Positions 13,294 through 24,480 of a stretch of DNA of 64,000 nt are shown piece after piece. Numbering within the stretch: the stretch's first letter is position 1; each line of letters opens with the position of its first letter. This stretch comes from Tubiluchus corallicola. Its lineage: Eukaryota > Animalia > Priapulida. The position numbers and the translations under genes are program-made. Under the pieces are notes generated by a model. It was not told the DNA's origin. It did not search any database and worked only from the letters and a program-made list of their open reading frames with translations. The stretch lies in NCBI GenBank assembly GCA_030141605.1, contig JAQGDQ010000034.1:620001-684000 (forward strand). Reading direction: 5' to 3'.

Positions 13294-14974
13294 TTAGCGT
13301 ATCAACATGCCACTGTGAACACATGAATGAAGCGTGATTTTGTGCATAATTAGTTTGGATGAATAATATCATTAACAGCTAACTGCAAACCATCTCAGTG
13401 TGAATAAGGTATAATTATCATAGCAAACTATTCCCTTGCCAATGTGAATAGGACGTAAGTTAACGATCTTGGTGTGAATAAAGTTTTAGTAAATTGTTTC
13501 ACTATTAATAGAGTATTAGAAAACCGTCTTGTTGAGAAAAGAGTACAAAGGTTTTAGTTTCAGTGCAAAAACGTATTATTAATAATACACACGTGAATTT
13601 GGTATAAATAAACTGTTTCAGTGTGAGTATTGTGACTGCATATGAAAAATACGAAGTAATTGGTTTACACGCACGACAATACACGGCACGAAAGAGATGA
13701 AAATAAACTACATTAAAATGATAAGATGTCACGCTCAGAGATATGACTTTAATCAAAGCAAAACTAACTTTCAATATCAACTCTGTTTGGCAGTGTTTGC
13801 TAAGTCAACTATGCAAAGAGACGTAGGACATTCAAAACCGTAGTTGCCGCGCATGCGCACCACACGACGTCATTAAAATTCTGCCAAAAATCGCATCATT
13901 GACTGAGCGTTTTCGCAATTTCTGGACTTAATTGATTTTACGGCAGAGTTATCACAAAATCTACGAAGGAAATTAGAGAGACGCTAGCTTAGAAGCTGTA
14001 TCACGAAGACAGTTCGAAGAATGGCGAACAAATTGGACACAAACAAAGCCAAAAAATATTGATGAAGAAAATTCAGTTCTAGATAGAGTCCTAGGCGATC
14101 AAAACGACGACAATGGTAATGAAACAGTAGCCTGCGGTTATGACCCTAACACTGTTGTTGCTGTTGTGTGGTGTACTGTAAGGATATGGATTACAGATTC
14201 TGATAAACTCTCTGTAACATTAGCTTAACAGTGAACACTGAACGGATCAGTGTGGTTGCTATATCAGATTTACACACGTCAGTTCACTGCTTTAAGTCTG
14301 TCTTTCAAACCTATGTAGAAACTTCTTTGTACAATGAGCTGTTGTTCTCTTGTTATATTGTTCTCGGAGTTCTCTTGTTCAAATCCATGCTGCATACCAG
14401 CTAATTCACACTACCTGTTTTTCAAGTTTGGCTTCAAAGTTTAATTAATTGTGGATGTGCACAATTAAATGTAATAAATATGGTTAGCTAATTGTATCAT
14501 AATTGCTTCTGACATAGTTTATACATTCACAATACCGTTACAACACTAAAACTAGAGAACTATTACTGTATGAAGAGACAATTGCAATAGGCCCTATAAA
14601 ACTCAACGCCCCCTCAATCAACCGAGAGCTATACATTTTGTTTATTCATGAGAAAGTTACATTATTTATGTCGTGTGCACAACATTTATGGCTTGTATTA
14701 ATTTCGTTTACTCCATTGTATAGTCAAGTTCATTGGTACACGTTCATTACATTTTCACAGCAAAAGTAATTGTATTCTTTCACAAAAGCTTTCTTTAGCA
14801 AGTTTAGCGAGATTGCCATGGAAGGCTTTTTCATCTGCCCATGATGATGCTGTATTTTCTACACACTAATGGATGCAATTTCACATGCCCTTATGCAGTT
14901 CATTATTCCTTTGAGCTCTTTCTTCGCTTGGCAGCGCACAAATTTCTCTAAACCATTAAAGTGTAGTCATCACT

Positions 14975-15180
14975 CCACAACGGAGATCTAAAATGGAGTC
15001 CTGATAGCAATTAATAAGTCTATGCAGAATAGAGAGAAAGAAGAAGAGCTCAAAGAAGTCTCTACGTGGACAGAAATCTCTCAAAAACCCCACCGCTACA
15101 CATGTCACACAGGTGCTGTGATTGTAATTTTCACATCTGTTATGGAGCCTATAAAGTGAACGCATGCTGTACAAATTAAA
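14975..15180 (+). mobile_element. Possible highly decayed RTE-type LINE ORF2 C-terminus
   Basis: Frameshifted remnants read RSK(W)...REKEEELK...YTCH..CDCNFHIC, resembling the Lys/Glu-rich stretch and Cys/His end of RTE ORF2. Weak evidence. Confidence 0.3.
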
Positions 15181-17204
15181 TGAAATGCTTGCCACATATT
15201 TTTGGCCAAGAATAACAGACTGTTTTAAAGCACGTGGGGGGGCTGCTTATAATATTCTCTCAGACATTTTTTTGATTACAACAATCTTTAAATTATGTGT
15301 ATAATTCGAATTTCCAGCTTAACACTTAAAGTTAGATTTAAGTTTGTTTCGTCACATAATAAATCTAAGTCTTAAATATAAAACTAAACCTAAATGTACG
15401 GCTTTGTACGGAATTACGTGTGCTTCGAATCACGAGCTTTCCCTGATCTTCTATAGCTCTCTTTCGAAGCAAACCGTGAATCTTTAATACCTGGATAAAC
15501 GTCATACACACAGAGTTTCATAAAAAGACCAAAGTCTGTAGACTCTGTGTACTACACACTGGCAATAAATCGTTTAGAAACACACGACCAATGGAGAATG
15601 GTAGTAAAATGTCTAAAGCTTGCAAGATGATAGGCTGTCATTAGCAACTTCACCAAAGCTTCTAGCTGCATAGTGACCCACAATCTAGCATAGTCTTTAG
15701 CTTAAAATATCGCCTAAATGTGCGTCTCATTTTCCCTCCCCATTAGAGCACTTAGTAGACACTATTCGAGCAGCCATTTTAATGTTCATTACGTTCATTC
15801 AATGACAATTCGCAACGTGCACGGAATTCATAATTATTTTGACGGTATTTTGCAGCTGATTTTGAGATTTTCCAACGACAATACAGACTCGTGTCGCATA
15901 ATCCCCTAATGTATTAGAACAGGATACATTAGCATGGCATAATTCCCCAATGTGCCATAATACATTTCCGGCTTTTTGGTGAGACTTGCATCGACTAAGC
16001 GATAAGCGATTAGTTTACTGATTAAGACCAACAAGAAGACACGTGTAGCTGAGCAAAAAGATGGTCAGAAAAAATGTATAATAAAAACAATTAAAACACG
16101 GTGAATTCGAAATGTCTGGAGTGGATAGAAGCCCAGTATTCGTACAGGATTTTCGCCATTGCGTAAAATACGAGTTTTTTTATTAAACCGGACGATTTAT
16201 TAGGCTCGATCTCATTTTGAAGTACTGTCCAAAATATACGTTTTTTGCATGGAAAAGTTAGCAATTGTCTCTTATATTTCAATAATTACCTTGGAAATCT
16301 AATTAACGGCAACCGAACACAGCCTTCGCTTACATCACAAACTAACTACAGTTTGTGCAATGGAGGCATCTTTCCAATGGAGTCCAGCACGTTTGCGTAA
16401 GTGAAGATTACTGATGTGATGTCACGAAAATCGGCTGTATGTCACAAACGAACACTATAGTTCATGATCACGCTTACACGGTACTGCGCCTATTTGTCAG
16501 CCACTCAAATGTGACAAAAAGGGGCCACTGCCAGTTTTAATGGATTCGTTGAGCCGCCAGTAGCTTTGAAAGTTTAAGAGACTTTATCTGTCCGAAGCAA
16601 TTATTATTGATCTAAGATTTGATTTAAAAAATCTGTTGCAGTTTTCAGCATTTTAGAGCATACTTTATTTTGAACTGACGTCTATACAATCGTCCGGTTT
16701 TCTTTAAAAAGTTAAAAAGCAATGAATAATTGAAAACTCTCAGTAACTTAATCTACACTTACGATACATGTTTGCTAGAGGGGCAGAAGTTAACGGTTAT
16801 TTGCAATCAGAGTAAAATAAGTATGAAGACTCTGCCATTATTTTTTCCAACTCTGTGAGTCTAAACTTTTAGGAAAAGGACATGTTCAAACTCAGAAAAG
16901 AACCGGTTTCGAATCTATGGTTGGTTCGAGCATGGTGTCGGTCTAGATCTCACTTGTAGCAGAATGAACAGCTAACACAGCTATCCCAGCTATCCCTTAG
17001 GTAACAAATCATGGACTTGCTGATACAAATTAGGCAAGACATTGTATACTCTTCTGGGCTAGGTTAAACAATCTTCAATAAGTGACACAGTCAAAGTAAA
17101 TATAGCAGAACTTAGCTTGTGGACCCACTAAAATGGCCGCTTGACAGATCATTACATGGAGAGAGTACTGTTGCAAAGGAAATTGTTTGTGGAATGTGTT
17201 TATG

Positions 17205-17305
17205 TGAAAACACCGGTTCTCGTCTGATCACCGAAGTTCAGCAACGTAGAGCCTGGTTAGTACTTGGATGGGTGACCGCCTAGGAATACCAGGTGCTGTA
17301 GACTT
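17205..17305 (+). pseudogene. 5S rRNA-derived sequence (first ~20 nt missing) forming a SINE head
   Basis: TGAAAACACCGGTTCTCGTCTGATCACCGAAGTTCAGCAACGTAGAGCCTGGTTAGTACTTGGATGGGTGACCGCCTAGGAATACCAGGTGCTGTAGACTT closely follows animal 5S rRNA, with box A, intermediate element and box C. No oligo-T terminator follows. Confidence 0.92.
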
Positions 17306-17722
17306 GCGGGATGCCCATACTGTATCTCGACACTAGGCGAAGGAGCTGCACAAGCAGCCAACGGCTAGAGGGCGGAGGAGGTCAAGTGACCCAACGGCCG
17401 AGTGTAGAGGAGTAAACCTTCCAAATCAGGAGTGGAGCCCCGAAGGCGGACCAGTGCAGCTCCTGCAGCCAACCTGGTGCCAAACGTATCGCCCCGCTTT
17501 CCTTTGGACTACACCAGGGAGGAAGAAAGGGGGTTCCTGTTGTCTGGGCAACTCAGGATCTCCATACACCTTGCCCAGGCGTGTGCCCTGGAGAGGCCAC
17601 TCCAGTGGTTCAAGGATCGGATTGCTCAGCCACAGTCGACGCTGCTGCACCATCAATGTGATCAATAACTGACTCTCTTGGTGCACACCCCATTGTCTTC
17701 CGAGACAGAAGGATACCAGCAA
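17205..17722 (+). mobile_element. Composite SINE3-type element: 5S head, RTE 5'UTR-like body, RTE-like 3' tail
   Basis: The 5S head reads directly into a body that has a second copy at 5866-6237. The tail CCATTGTCTTCCGAGACAGAAGGATACCAGC contains the hairpin TGTCT-TCCG-AGACA and resembles RTE-clade 3' ends (recalled, not searched). Confidence 0.8.
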
Positions 17723-18409
17723 AGTTCTTCGATTTCGTTCCTTTTTCAGGAACATGGAAATGGAACTAATTCATTACAACAGAATGAAATTTGGGACTGA
17801 AACTAGTTCCTTTTCTGTAAGGTCAGAGGAACTAGGAACTTGGGACAGGAATAATGAAAAATTATTGACATTCTTGCGAGTTTGGGAGTCAAGAGAGTTT
17901 GGAGCTGAGAGTAGTTCCTAAACATAAGGAGCTTTTTCACCCCTACTTGGAGATCACCGTCACGTACTAGACTGCCATATAAATGCTCTCCAAAGTCCAG
18001 TCGCCCTCAAATTTGCTGCCTGGAAGCCTCCTCGTTTAAGTGGTGTTGCTTCCGGCGCGAAAAAGCTTTTGCATGTCAACATTTCGTCATTAATGGTATG
18101 CAACGCAAAACCGCACACAAGCAAATTAACGATTTCATTCGTCGCAGAACAGCAACATTGATTAGAACGGCTGATGCAATTACCTGCATACAATGAACGG
18201 CTATACACCTATAATAACGTTCACAGTATGAAGTTTACTAAGCTTAACCGTATCTAATAACGACTGCAATTGAGTTAAGGTGAGCCAGCGGAGAATACGT
18301 TAACCTAACATTTAATTCGGGAAATTTATAGAGCAAACCTGGGTTGTAATTACAAGACAAAGTCGAAACGGCAAGGGAGACGTGGAAGCTTCAAAAAATT
18401 TATATATAT

Positions 18410-18860
18410 ATATAATAATCTTTATTTGTCATTAAAATACATTGATAATCACTGATAAAAAATTTACAGCGATGATCAATCAGTGTTAGTTAATAAAAAC
18501 TTACACTGCTAAAGGCAAATGCGTCAGTGCAATCTAAACTACTGTGCAGTAATGGAAAGTAACGACGAATAAAATCAAACATATTTACAAATATGCACAA
18601 AAAATGAAAACATTATGATTTAATTAATATGGCCGTGGGTATATAAATTGTGAATTAGTGTGTATGTTGTCGTACTGGTGTGATGGTATTTCATGTCTGG
18701 TTAATATTAGTGATTTTAATTTTGTTTTAAATGCTGATAGGGACTTGATTTGTTTAATCTGTAATGGCAGAGCATTCCAAAGTAGAATTGCTTGCTTGAT
18801 TATAGAGTTCGTTCCATAGTGGGTATTTGTCCTAATTTGTTTTAGATTGCTTGTTCTGAA
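18410..18860 (-). mobile_element. LINE (CR1/L2 group) ORF2 C-terminus plus 3'UTR
   Basis: Open frame FRTSNLKQIRTNTHYGTNSIIKQAILLWNALPLQIKQIKSLSAFKTKLK (WNxLP...SL..FK..LK motif), then an AT-rich tail with AATAAA near 18421-18426. Confidence 0.8.
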
Positions 18861-19395
18861 ATTAACGATAGGACGTTCTGTTACACAAAATTAATAGTTA
18901 GTGAATAAAATATCAGCGAAGAAGACACGAAAGACTCGGTTTTTCTTTACACACCCGTGTGTACTATTTTCAGTGAAAGAGAAAAAAGGAATTGAAACTA
19001 AAACTAAATTTATGGATATATGTTAATAATAACAATACAGTCACTAAGCTCGAATTACAGAGAGGTGACAAAAAGCTGACAACACAAGAAAAACACAATA
19101 GAAAAAATACAAAAACGCGCAAAATATCAAAATATGAGTCACGGTAGCAAGAAACGAAAGAATTCTTACATATAGCAACAAAGACAAATTTAAATATAAA
19201 TTTGTTCTTGGTAACGGCGTAAACAATATAGCATTTTTTGGTTTAACGTAACAAGTTAAATGAAAGTAACGATTCGTTACAGCGGTCTGTTTCGAATTAA
19301 AAATTTATAACGTTTTTTTAGCAAAACAACAGTAACCTCTGCTTTGTTTAGTTTGACATTTGTCCTGTGTGATTAAAAACAAAGCGAGATTATAC

Positions 19396-19540
19396 ATAGC
19401 TGAGTGGTCACGCTTTCTGTTTGACAAATAAAGTTAAGCGATGTCAAGCCTGGTGAGTAAATGGGTGGTTTACCTCGGGTTTCAATGCCCATAGCGCCTG
19501 TAGAGGTATTTCTCTCACTGAGGCAAGATGAAATCATATA
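19396..19540 (+). mobile_element. Old SINE-like element with tRNA-box-A plus 5S-like head
   Basis: ATAGCTGAGTGGTCA...AAGTTAAGCGATGTCAAGCCTGGTGAGTAAATGGGTGGTTTACC resembles 5S AAGTTAAGCAACGTCGGGCCTGGTTAGTACTTGGATGGGTGACC. Same layout as 22755-22920. Confidence 0.5.
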
Positions 19541-20414
19541 TGAATATGGCTAAGACACTTCAGCTGGTTCAGTGTCTCATCACAGAGGATTAAGCTAGAT
19601 TCCGATCCTACCATAGCCATCTACATTAAGTAGGCCTAGCATTGAGTGCTTGATTCCAGTCAGTGCCAGGGTGCTGTCACGTAAAAAGTCGGCACAGTTG
19701 CATAGTTGCCAAGAATTCCAGTAAACAGAAAGAATTTTCTAGGGCTAGGCAGTCGCAAAAGTTTGCATCAAAACAACATAACAATATTGTCGAGATTTTT
19801 CAGCAGACCTAACCGTTATTTGTAGCTCTCAGAAAATCCCCACGGTCATCCATTAAAGCCCTCAGGCTCACTCATTTATTACCTCATCCGCGTAAGCAGT
19901 TTCCTTCATTCCAGCCTTAATATACTGCTTTGTTTCAGTCGCGAGTCGGAGTACATTATTCCGCTAGATAAAATGAATTATAGCCGCAAAAATTTCGGCC
20001 AAACTTAACGAATATAGATGGGCTAGAGCAGCCACGCGCAAGTCATGTCGTTTCAGTTTAGAAATGAAATCAGTTGCGCGGAATCGTCGAAGCAGCAGCA
20101 CAGGTATTACAGAATCTTGATTCGATGCTGGTTAAAATCAATCCAGTTTAGCTTTACTGCCATAAAAACATTACATTCATGGTGATGAAATTGTACAACT
20201 CACGTCGTGTTTTCTATATGCTGTTTTGTTTTTATTTATGATTATGTGTAATTGCGTTAGAATTGGTAATGATCGTCGTAGTTCATTGTGTCTCATGCGT
20301 TAGATTCTAAATTATATATATGAGAATATGTTTAACACTTTGTAAATGCTTTTAGAAATTTTAAACATATCCCTGCAAATAGAGGGAATGTATTTTATAC
20401 ATAGTTTTTAAAAA

Positions 20415-20416
20415 TA

Positions 20417-20503
<87 letters not shown>
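20415..20503. repeat. (AAT)n microsatellite
   Basis: Direct reading of the sequence. Confidence 0.97.
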
Positions 20504-20505
<2 letters not shown>

Positions 20506-20859
20506 ATTTATACATATAATAAAGAATTTATATTAGCAAACATAAATAAAAATAAAAGAAAAAATATATTGTCGATATATTTTACGTTGTTTTAATGGAC
20601 ATATAAGTCTCTTGACTTCTGTGTATTGATGCAGTATAAATAAAATAAATAAATAATAAATAAATAAAGTGTTAGTAATAAAATTTTCATTAAAAATAAA
20701 GTTCTGATAAATAAAATAGCATCATTTTCATGATATTACGGCTGACAAAGAAGTCGCAAACTTTTAAGGCTAAATTCACTAAAATAAATAAAAAACGTTG
20801 CAATAATAAAAGTAAAAATTGTATAATAAAAGTTATTTACCATTATAAACCTATTTTAA

Positions 20860-21304
20860 TATAATTCTCATTTTCTTTTTAAAACAGAATTTTTACTGTT
20901 TTACTTCTTTTCACATCACAAGACAAGTTGTTCCATAAAACAGGGCCCTGATAGCCAATAACACGTTAACATGTTTCATAAGGTCAGTTCTTACTTTTGA
21001 TATATAAGGAGACTAATTTGAACTGCCTAATATTGTAGATCTAAAGTGTTTTGTTTAGTGTGAATAAACTATCAAAAATATTAGGAATCATACCATTAAA
21101 ATCTTTGTGAATATAACGGGCAACTTTCGTACGTACAACATCATTAACTTTTAAACTATTAAGCTGCTTAAATAAAATATTTGTATGAGCTTTGTAATCC
21201 GAAAGAGTAATAATTCTAATTACCATTTTTGTAATTTGTTTAACCAGTCCAAAACAGAAGCATATGCATAACAATATTGCAGTATTCAAAATATGGGTAG
21301 GCAA
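20860..21304 (-). mobile_element. Decayed L2/Crack-like LINE ORF2 C-terminal fragment
   Basis: KMVIRIITLSDYKAHTNILFKQLNSLKVND...YIHKDFNGMIPNIFDSLF, followed by GPVLWNNL. This is the typical IRII..S.Y..HT.PLF..L.IL pattern. Confidence 0.85.
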
Positions 21305-21339
21305 AAGTATAATACAACTGTACTAAAGTGTCTCTTCAG

Positions 21340-21935
21340 AATTCTACTTCATCTCATTATAATTCCTGCAGCCTTGCTAAGTTCGGTTTAATGCTCGAAA
21401 TCATGACACAAGAAGAAATGGGTTTGTTATTCATTTCTGTAGAAAAGACGTGGCACGCCATTTCATTCCCAACGCAGGTCCAAGACTTTGGAAGGAATTG
21501 GATAATGAATTATAAATCCTCTCCCCAATATGGAAATTTAAAAATAAATACAAAGTTAAAATTTTCAATAAGTACAGTAATTCTCTGTTGTAGCTGTTGC
21601 TATCCCCTACTACCACATTGATTATTATCAGTATACTTTATAGTTATTGTTTAATAATATAGCAATACACACCACCCTCCATCTTTCTCCCTTCTTCACA
21701 CTACTTTTTCTCAAACTTTATTCCTACTGCTAGTGTTGTTTTCTTCTCTTTTTCACATCTTCAGAAAGGTTTAACAAGCTCTCAGCTTCTTCAATTTTCT
21801 GCAGTACAATACGTAGGACCTCAATAATATGTAAATTGTTACTGATATCGTGTTAATTGTTTTATTATTTTCTGTCATGATTTTATCTTTGTATACGTTT
21901 TGTACTGTTGTACTGGATGTAAAAAAAAATAAATT
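21340..21935 (+). mobile_element. Decayed L2/Crack-like LINE 3' end, back-to-back with the previous fragment
   Basis: HDTRRNGFVIHFCRKDVARHFIPNAGPRLWKELDNEL*...KFKNKYK, then an AT-rich 3'UTR ending in AATAAA near 21928. Confidence 0.7.
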
Positions 21936-22335
21936 ACAAAAAGTCTTTTCACAGTTTCAGCAATTGATGATGATCGTGAAAAGGTCAAAGGTAAAGTGAT
22001 CCAGACAACGCATTTGAGTACACTTGACAACGCCTGCCAGCCCATGCTTTTGTAATAGAAACAGTTTTAATGGCTAACTAGAACCTTATTACTTCATTTT
22101 TTCTCGTTCCCAAGCAAGATCCTTCTAGTTAATCACTCTCGGACAGACTAATACATAGCTAAGCAAATGCCACGTAAAATAACTGCTGAAGTTATTGAAT
22201 TGATGCGGCAGACGGCTTTGCTTTACCCACATGTCATGCGACGGTTGTAGTTAAGACGCGTTGCTGTGATGCACTTAACCTTTGACCTACAGCAACAGCG
22301 CGTGCGCAGAACGAAACTGTGAAAAGGCTTATTGT
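21936..22335. mobile_element. Fold-back MITE with long imperfect inverted arms
   Basis: Left ACAAAAAGTCTTTTCACAGTTTC versus reverse complement of the right end ACAATAAGCCTTTTCACAGTTTC. Inner inverted match AGGTCAAAGGT(A/T)AAGTG. Confidence 0.75.
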
Positions 22336-22754
22336 AAATTACAAATCATGCGAAACCACTTTTCCAAGTTGATAATCCTCGCGCTTCGTTCGTCCGACGT
22401 GGGAAAAAACGTTAACTACGAATATATGAATACTCGATTATGAATCAACGAATGTCGGCGGCGAAATTACGCAGCATTGCGGTTGCGCTGATTGGTTGAG
22501 CAAACTCTGACGAATAGTTCAAGAGAAACGCAAGCAGCTCTTGGTTCTCCGGCGAGAAAGTGACCCTCATTTCCTCAAGGTTAATTTACAAGCCGAGAGA
22601 AATTGCCTGGTTAGCTTTGTAAGTGAATTGCGAATGCAAACGAGACTAGATATGGTGAGATTTGCAAGAAATGCAGAAATTGGCTTGTTTGGCAAAACCT
22701 TCAGCAGCAAAAAGATACCAAGAAATACTCAGGTTTTCCTTGCGGCAAGATGAA

Positions 22755-22920
22755 TAGACAAGTCGTTATGGCGTGTGTTCCGTGACCGAAGTTAAGCAGA
22801 CCGAAGCTGGTCAGTGAACGGTTTATGGCCGCACTCGCTCCGCCAAACTTCATTTGCACACTGATTCTGACTGTTTACCTCTTGAGGGAGGATTTGTGCC
22901 ATCTGAGCAAGGCTAAAATA
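22755..22920 (+). mobile_element. Old SINE-like element with tRNA-box-A plus 5S-like head, ending in a (GTA)n tail
   Basis: ATAGACAAGTCGTTA...GACCGAAGTTAAGCAGACCGAAGCTGGTCAGT. The 3' part GAGGATTTGTGCCATCTGAGCAAGGCTAAAATA resembles 19503-19537. Confidence 0.5.
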
Positions 22921-23315
<395 letters not shown>

Positions 23316-24109
23316 TAAGAGTAAATTATGTACAAAAACTTTGATACAGGTGTGGCCTGTGATGAAGGACTAGCCTTGATAATGAACCAGGTCGGATCAC
23401 GCCACAAACAGTAGACCGTGCCTCTGAATGCTGACTAAACATCCCAGGCACCCATATTACAGTAAGAAGGCAACAGCAAACACTTTCGCACGTACATGCA
23501 CTGAAAAAGCTGCCAAAAGTGTTTGATTATTTTTCATGATTGCGCCACATGCAGCGCCCGATTTTAAACACTACCTCTCGGAGAGTGCTAAATCACAGCT
23601 TGAACCAGAGTCCTCAAATACTGTGCTAACTGGTCAATAACTGGACTGGTAAATCACAAGACGTTTTACGTAAATCAGTAGCACATTTTGGTCGAATTCC
23701 AATAGACTGTGCGCCATGCAATAATTAGTTCCAGGCACGAGGTCAGCTGAGGCTCTTATTGCAAGATCTAATGTTGTGGGCAAGTCGGTTACTCCCTTCT
23801 TTTTTCCATAGGTTCTGCTGGATATAATTCGATATGCATGTACAATCTGTTTTGATTGATTGTCACTGATGGTGGTAGGCACTTCGGGTGCTTGGACAGC
23901 CACAATGTTATTGGCTGATATCTTAGACTAGTACAAAGCTAATGAGAACGCCCTGAAAGCATGTCTTGCGCTAACAAAAGGAAAATTAAAGGAGCACAAT
24001 GTTCTGATTACATTTTGTGGTCAAAGCTACTTACAGCTGAATAAACAATTGTGGATATCTTAGGACTTTTTCCAAAACGAAGTTACAACTATCACTTGAA
24101 AAACACATG

Positions 24110-24480
24110 GTGATAAGCATTCATTGTGTCTGGAATGTTTACACCTTAATCACTGCGCAAGGTACGAACAAACGTAGGTGTACAAATATACCCTTGATTG
24201 CTGATCAAGGCAGGAACAAAAAGGTAGGCGTATGATCATATGCCTTAACTCGCGTATCTATGCCCTAGGTTTTGAGCAATGAAGACGTGCAATCACTGTA
24301 TTTGGAATGTTCTCGCCTTAATTACTGATCAAGCTAAAGGAAAGATACGTATACATTGCACCTTGGGTAATCACGTCTTAAACATTGATCAAGGAAAGAG
24401 CATAGAAGGCGTATTAACATGCTCCGCACATAGAATCACATCTTTATCGTTGATCAAGGAAAGTGCAAAAAAGGTACAAT
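24110..24480. repeat. Degenerate repeat cluster with CTTAATnRYTGATCAAGG core
   Basis: Five related cores near 24145, 24193, 24318, 24378 and 24442. Confidence 0.6.

Noticed and set aside
17205-17305. Functional 5S rRNA gene
   Set aside because: The first ~20 nt are missing, there is no oligo-T terminator and no tandem array, and it continues into a dispersed repeat body.
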